Positions 38,310 to 49,773 of a DNA stretch of 64,000 nt are shown one piece after another. Positions within the stretch are counted from its first letter, which is position 1; each line of letters opens with the position of its first letter. The stretch is from Antedon mediterranea (Eukaryota; Animalia; Echinodermata), in assembly GCF_964355755.1 (NCBI RefSeq), contig NC_092675.1, forward strand, positions 21,734,912-21,798,911, in the 5' to 3' direction. The notes beneath the pieces are model-generated. The model had not been told where the DNA came from, did not search any database, and saw only the letters and a list, made by a program, of their open reading frames with translations. Position numbers and translations under genes: made by a program.

Positions 38310-41300
38310 AGACTCTGCTTCCATACTTAAGGCATTTTGAATTGGCCGTAAGTAAATTCGGCCTTGCCCTAACTTATCTCTGATGTTTAAAGGGGTATAA
38401 CTTCCCTTCAGAGGTAAAAGTTTTCTCTCATTCCCAAAGCAGAGCATGATTTCAAATCCCCCTGCATTTTTCAGCTTGGGGAAGCTGGCGAATAAAACTG
38501 TTTCGAATTCTTCCGGGGTTACATTTATATCAGGCACGGTAACATTTTTTTCCCCAAGTCCGGCCTCTGCCAGCATCTGCTTTCTACATGCTTTAGGTGT
38601 TGCATCTGTATCTGGCTCAGCCAGGCAAACCACCTTCCTTGTCCATGATGATATTTTTTGGTGTTTTTTTTTTGTTTTTTTTTTGCATATGGCTTAGTTT
38701 TGCCTACTGGCAAAAATCTGGATAAAATGGATCCTATTAAAAAACAGAAATAGATAAATAGATAACAGTATTTGAAGCCAATAATACAAAATTGATCGTA
38801 CACACACACAAAATTCATACTGTAAATTGCTAAAATAATTAATACAAAGAAAACACATGAAAACAAAGGTCATGAAGGATAACATGTGTCAATGGTCATC
38901 AAAATAGGTTTTAAAATGAACAAGATCAAAAGGATATGTTCACAAGTAAATAAGGCAGAATACATCAATAGAAGTTTGATAAAGAATAATCGGTTATGAC
39001 ATAACTCCATCGTAAGCCAATTGGATGGCTGAACGGTTGATTATGCTCCTTTAGTGTTCATGGTCCCAGGTTCGAAACCCAACGATGCCTAAATTTTGTC
39101 TTTTTTTTTATAACGCTCCATCTTCTTTCTTGACCATTCACCATTTGGAGGGAGGGACGGTTTTAGGGGATTCCATTTACGACTTATTGTGTGGATAGCC
39201 ATGGTGTCAAGAAAAAGGGGTAAAAAAGGGGTTAAGTACATAGAGATTGCAATTATAGGACTTATACCTGTCTGTCTACAGTTGGCTCGTAGACGCTGAC
39301 GGTTTCCGAGAGTTGCAACCCCCAGACTTGTTAGCTGTGCGTCCATCAAAGCACCAACTTCATCACTTGTAATCTGAAATGATAATAAGAGTCTGAAATT
39401 GTACACACTATAACAACCTTGCATGCAAAAATACAGGGCTTGGCTTTGAATTGGCCTATTTTGTTAATTATGGTTGTTCTTATTATTAAGAATTATTTTT
39501 TTTCAGGGTGAACAATACATTAAAAAGTGTTTTTTTTATAAATAAAATAAATAAGCCAAATCAATATACAGTAATTAATAATTACTAGATGGTACGCTCG
39601 CTTCGCTCGCGTACCATCTAGGTCGTGCCCCACAGATGGTTCTCGAATACATAGTAATCTCAGCGTTAAAAAAACTGGCGACTTCAAATGTGCATGCAGG
39701 ACAATAATACATGTCGTTTACAGGAACGAATAAATAGACACGGTGATTTATGTACTCAACTAAAATTAGCACCTCGGGAATTACTTCCGAAAAAGGAACT
39801 TGTCATAAAATAAGAAACAAACTGAATTTGTGTTTTGTATGTAACATTAGTAGTGCAAAGACAAACAATTTTTAAATATATTCTTTATCGATTTAGTAAC
39901 GAAATATTAATTGTTTTCATGTTTTACAAATAATATACCACTAAACACAGTAAAACATTGCGATTTAATACTTTGTTGAAACTGTCACCGTCATAGTCGA
40001 TTGAAATAGTACAGTACATGTAACGATACATCACTAATACGACGTTTATATTTTTTTTGTACAGTAGTTACATTATTAATTAATACAAACGTTCAGAAGG
40101 AACTGTCAGTAATAAAGTACACCTCTATTCGGGGCAAATCGTAAATTCGCTTTAATCGTCAATAAATAATTATCTAACTCAACTTAATTAGTAGGCCTAA
40201 TGGTCAATTGTTTCTTAGAGCCAATTCATACTTAAGTTGTTTCCTAACCATCAAAGTTGTTCTGCGTTTAGGGCATGTGATCCTTCGTACTGTAGGCCTG
40301 TCCTCTACTGACTTTACAACGCTACTCATGCCAGTGAGGGGGAGGGTGGTGGTGTGGATGGTGGTTTAACTGCAATAATAAAGTTGATTGTACATAATAG
40401 ACGGTGACTGGAAAGGCTAGCTCATTATGCGTTAAAAAAAAAGATTCCACAGATTGGAAAAAAATGGATCGAATTCCTGTTATGACTGTACTTGTCTTTA
40501 CGACGCCTGAGGGAATAGACACTTGTGGAACAGAGATTGGAATGTTCCATTTATCGCAGATCAAAACATTTGTATAAACGTATATTAAATCTATCAAATA
40601 GTATTTTTAAAAGAAAATCGGCCTGTCTTCAACATTATGATGCTGTACTCGAGCTGTTCAACCGGTTTTCAGCTATTACAAATAATTATCGTAGGAGGAG
40701 ATAGGAAAATGCGAAGCATCCTCGCATTATTGTCTGCGGGTATTTTTCAAGTTGGACATCCATTAGTCAGTGTATACCACAATCGGAAAACACCCCTATT
40801 TGGGGCAAATCGTTGAACCTAAATTCGTTTTAATCGTCAATAACTAATTATCTAACTCAATTTAATTAGTAAACATGGTTACATCAGATGGTTAAAATCA
40901 GTACCGAAAGTACGAACCAACTTTATATACCATCGAGTAAAAATTCTAGAAATAAAGCGCGATTTACCGAATTTTGCCCTTACGTAAATTTATATATAGA
41001 TTAACTAGGGCCTAGGCCTAGTATAGGGCATAGGCTAGGCCTAGTAAAAAATATTATGCCTAGGCCTAGCCTAGGTAGGCCTCTTCTATATTAGACTACT
41101 TATGGTAGGCGGCCCTTGTTATAATAGTACTGGGCCTAGCCTGGACCTAGAAACTAGGGCTGCCTACTAAGTATTAACTGTAGTTATTAAATATTATTAT
41201 AGTAATTATTATTAGGCATACTTTATATTAACAAACTAACAAGTCTAGCTAGGGTCAATCTCCATAAAATGGCCATGACTGTTTAGATTGCATCTCATTA

Positions 41301-41566
41301 GTTGTTCTGTATCACGTGTATCTACTGTTTTGTGTGTGTTACTACTGTATGACGTGGGTTATCAGGATATTTCACTTTAAGTTTAGGCCTCCTACCTATC
41401 CATACCATTATTACAGATCTAGCCTAGGCCTAGCTTAGACCTAGTGTCAGACTAACATTTAATAATAATAATTTAACCTTTCTCTCTCAAAATTTGTTAA
41501 AAGATGACTTAAATTTAGGTTATTCAACACATCTTTAATCGATTGGCTACTCATGGTTGGCGCCAT
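38310..41566 (-). pseudogene. Decayed SAM plus G2E3/HECT-associated N-terminal-domain gene (exons 41566-41478, 39373-39268, 38733-38310)
   Basis: Spliced SAM domain IKDVLNNLNLSHLLTNFERE | ITSDEVGALMDAQLTSLGVATLGNRQRLR, then WTRKVVCLA...LAEAGLGEK...FPKLKNAGGFEIM...IYLRPIQ; frameshifts in purine runs. Confidence 0.62.
39585..41000 (-). mobile_element. Non-autonomous Helitron, copy 2
   Basis: a|TC ... CTAG|t on the minus strand; terminal hairpin CTAGATGGTACGC...GCGTACCATCTAG. Confidence 0.82.
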
Positions 41567-41675
41567 GATGATAAAATGTTTGTAAACTTTTCATAGACTC
41601 ATTTCCAGCCGTTGATTTTCTTCCATTTGACCCCTTGTCAAAGGTTAGAATTTAATTGCACCGTATAAAAAAAGG

Positions 41676-41972
41676 CCGATTTAAAACGAGCCGAACGTAA
41701 TTCAGAAAGAGCCGAATAAAAAAGAGCCGAACGTAATGCCGGATGGTAAATGGGCCGAATAAAAAGAGCCGAATGCTGAAAGAGCCGAACGTAATGGTAA
41801 ATGGGCCGAATAGAAATGCGCCGAATGCTGAAAGAGAGAGCCGAACGTAATGTTAAATGAGCCGAATAGAAATGCGCCGAATGCTAAAAGAGCCGAACGT
41901 AATGGTAAATGGGCCGAATAGAAATGCGCCGAATGCTAAAAGAGCCGAACGTAATGCTAAAAGAGCCGAATA
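41676..41972. repeat. Array of GCCGAA motifs (15-22 bp subunits), probably transposon subterminal repeats
   Basis: GAGCCGAACGTAAT, GGGCCGAATAGAAAT and GCGCCGAATGCT repeated in higher-order units. Confidence 0.85.
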
Positions 41973-43700
41973 GAATTAACGTTTGCTGCCGGAGGCAGTG
42001 ATGGCGTTCCATACACATGATCGTAACAATAAACTGATTAGTATTAAAGCATCATTTGGTCTACTCGTCTTATTTCTACAATAGTTTACGCAAGGTATCC
42101 TGAAACGTCTTTGTAAGTAACTAAATACTGATTATGATAGGTCTAGTACTTATAATGTATACTGTATAGGTTTAATATAAGATATACATATTTGTTATAG
42201 AGACGTATACTATAATCATACGATAGTTGTTTTAGGCTATATCGCTAGCTCAGGGGGGCGGTCACAGGACTATTTTAAGAGGGTTTTCCCCAGGGCTGTA
42301 GACACTGAGTATTTGAGCAAGTATTGTTAAATGACACCCCTAGATGGCCGCAAATGGTACTCTACCACGTAAAATTCATGATAAATTGCATCTCTAGTTC
42401 GCCGGAAATGTCACTCACTCTATAGTGCGCCAGCAAACAGAGGATTCTAGCCTATATTATTCCGCCGGTAATAAAACATACGCGACTAACAATATATAGG
42501 ATAAAATTTGTGTTCGTTCAATGAGAACGTCACGGGAAAGTCCCCGATGAAGGTACTTTTGGTACGGTAAGGATTATGAATATACGCAGCGAACATAAAT
42601 AGTCGTATTTCCATTTATGTCTTGTAATAACTAGGGAAAGTAGGCCTAATTGTAATTTTTTTTCTATAATGACTAAACATATTAATCCAGCTCACTGCCT
42701 GGTAATTCAAAGTAATCCTGCTATAAATGATAATACAATAAGAACACATGTAACTAAAATCAATTTCATCACAAGCAACCGACTATTTTTCACCTGTGCG
42801 TGTTATTTAAATTTCGAGATCGGTCAAATATACAAAAATAAATGGATTCTAATACAGGTTGACTAAGTTTAAGGTAGACGGAGCAAGGAAAATGAATACT
42901 TGTTGTAAGAAGGCTATAAAGTAAGGTAAGCATTGAAATAGAAAAATAATTTCAATACAATACAATTGTTATGGTAATTTATTATGGGTAGTACAAATAA
43001 AGATCTCAAATCAAAGTTTAATCTAATAGTTCTCACTTCTGTAGGTTTTTAAACTTTGATCCTTTAGTGCTTTTCTGAATGAGTTTTTTAGTTGCTGGGT
43101 GCTATCAATATTGGATTACTAATATAATTTCATTGAGTTGATTTGAGATGTAGGCCTACTCTGCCACTTTTATTTATATGACCTTTGTATGCCTAATTAC
43201 ATCTCGGTCGACGACCTACTCCGCTCCCCAAGATAGATGGAGCTCTCTTTTTTTTCGGAAATCTAGTTAAGTACAGGGGCCGGATTTATCAAACTTACTT
43301 ATAGCAAAAAATCATGATTTTGCTAAAGTCAGATTTATTAATATATCAAAGAACAAATATTTTCTAAATAATTACACACTGCCTAGCTGGATGATGGGCC
43401 TTAATCTATCAATTGAGTGGTGATTGTTTCGGAAGAGGGATACTTTCCATTGCAATAGCACTTTGCCTTTAGCAAGTGATGAGTTCATGATTGGTTCATC
43501 TCAAACATGTTGTTTCACGTACTTACAATTAAAACTAGAATTATCATCTTTTTGTGATTGTTGATAAAGGATCACAAAACAAAATCAGATAAAATTCTAC
43601 CTTTTTTCTATTTAGCTGGCCATTATGATGTTTCTATTATTTCAATCAATATTTCAATCCAATCCTTTTTGCTTTTGTATGTAACTTCCGGTAACATTAT

Positions 43701-44112
43701 TGTAGTGAATATATAGAGTTGGTTCCGAGCGTTCTCAGGCGTATATAATCCACTAGACGTACACTGACACTGAATGATTTCTCATACTAAAAGTATACTG
43801 TATTCAACTATATCTTTTATTACTTTTTTACTCAGTATTAATACATCTTTCTACCAGTCTAGACCTTTCTTCTCTATCATCTATACGTCTATCTACTTTG
43901 ATCTCATTTTCTCTTCCCTTTCAATATCTATTACATTCTACTACTGTACTTTTACTGGAAATGCAAATTAGGGGCTTCTGAGGAGGATAACATTTTCCCT
44001 CCAAAGTTTCCCTCCAAAATCATACGATTTTGATTGGCTAATAATATTAAGCAGACCTAGTCTAAAGCATCCTTATCTAAACACAGGAAATCAGAACATA
44101 AATATTATGACA
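43701..44112. mobile_element. Solo LTR, 412 bp
   Basis: TG...CA ends; 5-bp TSD ATTAT at 43696-43700 and 44113-44117; empty site in the paralog near 17091-17110. Confidence 0.82.
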
Positions 44113-44717
44113 ATTATCAATACAACGTTTACCTTGTCATCGCAAAAGCAGAAAGCATTGGATTGGATTTACAGCCGAAACGGTTGTTTCGAAATACAAA
44201 TGTATAGAGCGCCGCAAGTTCTACACACAGACAAACATCTCAAACGGAAATGTAGTTCATCGAATTCTAATATCTTGGCTGTTTTATGCACCGTTTGTTT
44301 CATTGTCAGAAAGAAATACGTACGTATTTATTCCAATAAACGGCCGCTTTGAATAAACGCCTCCCTTGAATAAACGCCCCAGAGCGTAAACAACAAATAA
44401 ACGTCTCCCCTGAATAAATTCCCCCCTTAAATAAACGCAAAACTTGAAATATCACTACTTTAATTCGCGTAATGATGCGAACCGTGCGCAAAACTGTCGT
44501 ATGACAATGATCTGAAAGTATGTATGAAAATGAAGGGGAAACAGTGCATCAACAAATAGTAACGGCCTACAGACAATATTGATGTACTATGTATTTTTGG
44601 CGGGTTTGGAATTCCATAATTAACGAAATGTGAAATACTCCACCACGTAGACCAAGTTAATAAATCACCAAACTCACGGGATGTTTTTTTATACGGTTTC
44701 TCAATGCAGTTCTAAAC

Positions 44718-44898
44718 ATGGCGGCTGTTGTGAATGATGCAGTTTACTATTTAGAAGGATTTAAGTTATTTTCATTGAAAATGGGAAGGTACAAGATTAT
44801 GGAAGAATTGGCGAAATCTGTGTTTGTGACATCAGTGATCGAAAAGATGGATACTAAAGATAAGAATATACGAAGTTTGGGAATCGGAAGCTCTAAAG
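44718..44898 (+). CDS. HNMT-like copy 4, coding exon 1
   Basis: 181 nt; exons of 181+324+359 nt give an intact 287 aa. Confidence 0.9.
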
Positions 44899-45004
44899 GT
44901 ATAAATTAATTTAGATTTAAATAGCAAGGGAATTCCTACGTTTTGGATGTTTAGTTATTTTTATATAAGAAATAAAAGCATCGACTTTATCACATTTCAT
45001 TTAG

Positions 45005-45328
45005 GTGACATTGAAAGTATCTTTACTAAACAATTGTCGAATCACTTTGGAAAACTTGAAAACACGGTTATTGAACCAGCTGAGGAAGCCATTGAGGAAT
45101 ACAAAAGACTTGCTGCAAAGAACGACTGGAGCAACGTAGACTATTCTTGGTTTAATGGAACATTTCAGCAGTTTAAGGAACATCGTGAAAAAGGAGAAAA
45201 TGCGCCAAAATATCACCATATCAGCTCCATAGACACAGTATATTATATTGATAATCCAGCAGACGATATTCTAACTATGTATAATATGTTAGAAAATGGC
45301 GGGATTTTGATGATTATGCTTATTTCTG
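45005..45328 (+). CDS. HNMT-like copy 4, exon 2
   Basis: tag|GT GAC ... TCT G|gtaag; open. Confidence 0.9.
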
Positions 45329-45431
45329 GTAAGTTACGATATCGATATTTGCTTGATTGATTTATCGAATTTCTCAAAACGTTTAGTTAGCAAATATTTG
45401 TATACTTAAAATGCTTTACTTCTTCCTACAG

Positions 45432-45790
45432 ATGAAAATTCCTATTATAGATTAGAACAACGTTTTCATGGCATTATGCCAATACGCTACTTTACTTGCA
45501 GTGACGTCCTGGCCGTATGTGAAGAAAATCAATTTCAATTTGAACGTTACCATCACGAATGTACTGCTGACATAACAGAATTCATTTCATCTGATGATCA
45601 CCCACGAGAAAAAAAAGTTACGATAGATTATTTAACGCAAACTGTAGATTTCAAGGAAAGTGTCTCGGAGAGTTTGTATAAAGAAGTAATTGATTATATT
45701 AAAAGTTCCGACTTTTCATCAAAATCATACGACGGCAAAATATTGCTGAGGAATGATTTTGATTTTGTATTCATACAAAAGAAATTATAA
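45432..45790 (+). CDS. HNMT-like copy 4, exon 3
   Basis: cag|AT GAA; open to TAA ending at 45790. Confidence 0.9.
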
Positions 45791-46847
45791 ACCAGTTATT
45801 AATAATATTCTGGATTTAAAATCAATGATAGCAATTGATAAGAAACAATAATTACAGAATATAGTAATAATGCATAAGTATGAGAATTGATATTTTGTTT
45901 TATGTAACATATAAATAAATTCCTTTTATTTGATTGGACGGTTGTGGGTCACATGGTGTAAACAATATTTTTTTTTTAGTTGCTAGGTGCTATCAATATA
46001 TTGGATTACTAATATAATAAGATTTCATTGAATTGATTTGAGATATACTCTGCCACTTAAATTTATATGACCTTTGTATGCCTAATTACATCTCGAAATT
46101 CGACGACCTACTCCAAGATAGATGGAGCTCCCTTTTTCGGCAATCTTGTTAAAGTACAGGGACCGGATTTATTGGTAAAAAAATCGTCTAAACTTTGCCT
46201 TAAATCCTTGATTTTGCTATTCAGATTTATTAATATATCAAAGAAAAAATATTTTCTAAATGTTGTCTTAAATCTAAGACGAAGAACACACTGCCTGGAA
46301 TCCCAATCCCAATGGAGGGGTGTAAGTTTCGGAAGAGTAGTCTGGTGGCAGGAGGGGGAATCACCACCCGAAAGTGGACAAAGTGACAAACAAATTTTCT
46401 AGACCAGAGATATAAGGGGTCAAAGTTCAAAATTGACCAATTACAACAATGTATTATGTATAATGTACGCAACAAATTTTTTAAAGGCCAGTTTCTCTTT
46501 TATTACATTCTTATAATTATAGGTGTCTATTCTAATCACCTTATAAAAAAAAATCCTTTGCGATTGACCAATCATAGAACGTACCTATAAAACCAAATAA
46601 AAACTAATATTTAACCAAAATTGGATGTTTTCTAATCCTGTTAATCAATCATACGTAATGTAAAAGAGCGAATACATCATTTCATCAGTTGACATAAGGT
46701 CAATTTCATCAGTTGACATAAGGTCAAAGGTCAACATTTCAATATGCGTAGTAGTTAGTTACCAAATAAATGCAAAGTTGTCCAAACTATGATATTTATG
46801 GTTTTACAAGTAATCAAATTATCAGTAAAGTTACAGTATGTTGTTTC

Positions 46848-47274
46848 TACGATGGCCTATAAGTGTCACGGCAACTTTCAAATAATATCACTGCAACTTT
46901 CAACAAACGCCACGGCAATTTTTTGGTAAATTAGTATTGAAACATCACTGCAAATTACAGAATTCAGTTAAATAATATAATAATATTTACAACAATGCAC
47001 AAATAATTACCTCAGAAAAAATCGAAAAGATTCCAAGGGTTTCACTTACGCCGTGGGAACTCCACTTCCGCCGTGACATTCTGTAATTTGCCGTGGTGTT
47101 TCATTACTAATTTGCCGTGGTGTTTCAATACCAATTTGCCGTGGTGTTTCATTTTTAAGTTGCCGTGGTATTTTTGTTAATTTGCCGTGGGTTTTTTTTA
47201 AATTGCCGTAGGTTTTTTTTTTAAATTGCCGTGATATTTTTTGATAGTTGTCGTAACACTTATAGGCCACCGTA
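46848..47274. mobile_element. Tc1/mariner-type MITE with TTGCCGTG arrays
   Basis: TA-flanked TIR CG(A/G)TGGCCTATAAGTGT; CACGGCAA motifs on the left and TTGCCGTG motifs on the right. Confidence 0.75.
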
Positions 47275-48472
47275 TATTTCATTATATAAATTTTGATTAA
47301 TATAATTAAAATTAATACTGTAATTCATCAAATCAGACTTCGATCAGGATAGGAAGCGTTGTCGAGATATAAGGGGTCAAAATTCAAAATTGACCAATTA
47401 TAACAATGTACCAATATATGTATTTATTGAAGTTCAATTTGATCTTTTAATACATTTGTATGGTTACTGTAATAAATGTGTCAAGGTTTTATTGTATTAA
47501 AGACTCTACTCGCTTGTTTGATTGAGTATCACAGTTGTTTATTCAATAATACGTTATAATACACAATACAATATAAGAATGATACGGTAATAAAGAAACA
47601 TGAACAATTAAAGTATAAATGATGCTGTAAGTGAGGCGTGGCTGTAGATGTGCTTCTGAGGAAGTGTCGGTAAGGTGTATCTTCGAAGAAGTGTCTGTAA
47701 GGTGTATCTGGCCTCTTCTGAAACATGGGTATATGTCATTAAATCTTTTTTATGCGTCTATCTAACGAACGTAAACACCTAAAATATGTTCATTTCAATT
47801 TAAGCTTATTCATAATAAAACATTACATAGTATTGGAAACCAATAGATTATTAGGATAAAATGAATGGAACATCAACAATCATTATTGGCAGTGGCAATG
47901 GTATGAGACTAATAGAACCAAGTCAACTAATAAAAAAAAAGTAATGCTTGGAATGATTGTGTTCACTGAAATAACAAATGTCTCTTCCTTTTTTCGAAAG
48001 AGAAATCAGGAATCAATTCTGGTGGTCACGTATTGAGATAATCAAAACTTTTTTGCAGAACTAGGCAGTGACCAAAATCTTCGCAGAATAAGTGTCTGGA
48101 AGTTGTGAAACATGTGTGCGCTCTACAATAAAGTCAGTGGCGAGGCAGACGGTTAGAAAAGTACACGATTACAACCGGTTTTAATGTATGAGAGTTTTAA
48201 TAAAACACCATTCAAGTCTGTAAAGAAGGAATAAAAAACCATATAAGATAAGAATGATAAACCCAAACACATGTTGATTCTTCCATTAAAGCATTAGATA
48301 ACAGTTTAGACTCCTTTAGCATAATGCTCTTGTTAATAACAATTAACTTCATATCTGTATGTTATCATATAGGCCTACCGAATAATCATTGTCGTCATAT
48401 CTTAAAACATCATAATATGATTATATTCCAATAATGAATCATGTAATCATCAATCTCGTACAGCAATGAACA

Positions 48473-48662
48473 TTTTTAGTCGCGTGGACGCGACTCAATA
48501 GTTCACTCTGTCGGTCTGTCTGTCGGTCCGGTATCACTATGCGTTTTATCGCTTTTCTGTACTTTTTGAACTGTTTTGATGTACAGAAAAGTTTTAAAGT
48601 ACATTACTTTTTGAAAGTTCATTTTTTCTGAGAGCACGCGACTTATGGCTGTTGGCCTTGTT
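48473..48662 (+). mobile_element. HINE related to 25909-26017
   Basis: TTTTTAGTCGCGTGGACGCGACT hairpin, GTCT/GTCG microsatellite, 3' CACGCGACT...GGCTGTTGGCC TTGTT. Confidence 0.75.
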
Positions 48663-49773
48663 ATAACACACTCTTGTAATAATCAGTTACATTAAATCAG
48701 TTTAAAACATTCACACGGCATGTAAATAAACTTACTACTTTGACTGGATGTAATAAAACATTCAACAATCAAGTCTCTGGTTAGCATCAATACCGTACAG
48801 GTAAGCAGTAAATTGTAGATCCTTATACCTCACAGTAAGGTACATAAAAACAGGTATTTTACTGAAATAACAGCAGCAAAAACATCAGTGGGCAAACTAA
48901 CTACTCGCCATGTGGATCTACGACGCTTGGGGGAGAGCGCCCTCAATATAATCATAAATATATTTTCGGTCGAAACAGTCCGAGTTAATCATCTCTTTTA
49001 GAATCATTTTAATGATAGCAATGCAAAAATACGCCCTTTTGGTGCATGCACCGGTTGGTTTGGAAAGTCCAGAAAATCATTCATGGACATGGGTTCCAGA
49101 TTTATGTATTCACTGAGGTTAGTATGCACATATTCTGGACGTAATAGTTGAAAAAAGTGATAACCAATAATATAGTAAAATGTTTTTGACGCTTATCCAC
49201 CAAAGTGCTTAAGGCGCCTGTGAAAAACCAATGGAAACGAATCCGTAAAATTTACAATGCTACTACCAAATCAAGACAAACACCACATAATTGTAGTTTG
49301 TTTACCAGTTAAGGTGCACAGACCGGCTAATACATAACTAAATATTCTCAGTTATCTGAATAGGCCTATCTAGACAAATAAAAGTTTTTTAAATTGTGCT
49401 TAAACCATTTATTTTATTCAAGGTCAGCGTAACAATTTAAGTATGATTTGATTAAATACAGTATTATAATTATATTGATTAAATTATAATGAAATAACAT
49501 AACTTTACTGATCAAATATTGATTACTTGTAACCCATCGATATCATAGTTTGTACAACTTTGCATTTATTTGGAAACTAATATGCATAAAAAATGTTGAG
49601 CTTTGACTTTATGTCAACTGATGAAATGATTATTGCGTATGATTGATGAGGAAACGTCCAATTTTGATAAATTGTTTTATAGGTACGTTCTATGATTCGT
49701 CAATATTGACATTTTACCCTTAATCACAAGGACTTTTTTTTCATAAGGTGATTGAATAGACACCTATAATCAT

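Noticed and set aside
39010-39090. tRNA-like stretch with B box GGTTCGAAACCC
   Set aside because: Acceptor and anticodon stems do not pair; too decayed to call
41676-41972. GCCGAA array as CRISPR or iterons
   Set aside because: The spacers are themselves repeated; it fits transposon subterminal repeats
27571-42000. One 14-kb CACTG...CAGTG EnSpm element
   Set aside because: Only 5 terminal bases match and the flanks show no TSD
46677-46730. TCATCAG repeats as minus-strand hammerhead cores
   Set aside because: No stem II followed by GAAA; part of the long TIR of the 46338-52422 element
47046-47282. ORF with TPRQ repeats
   Set aside because: Translation of the MITE's TTGCCGTG array
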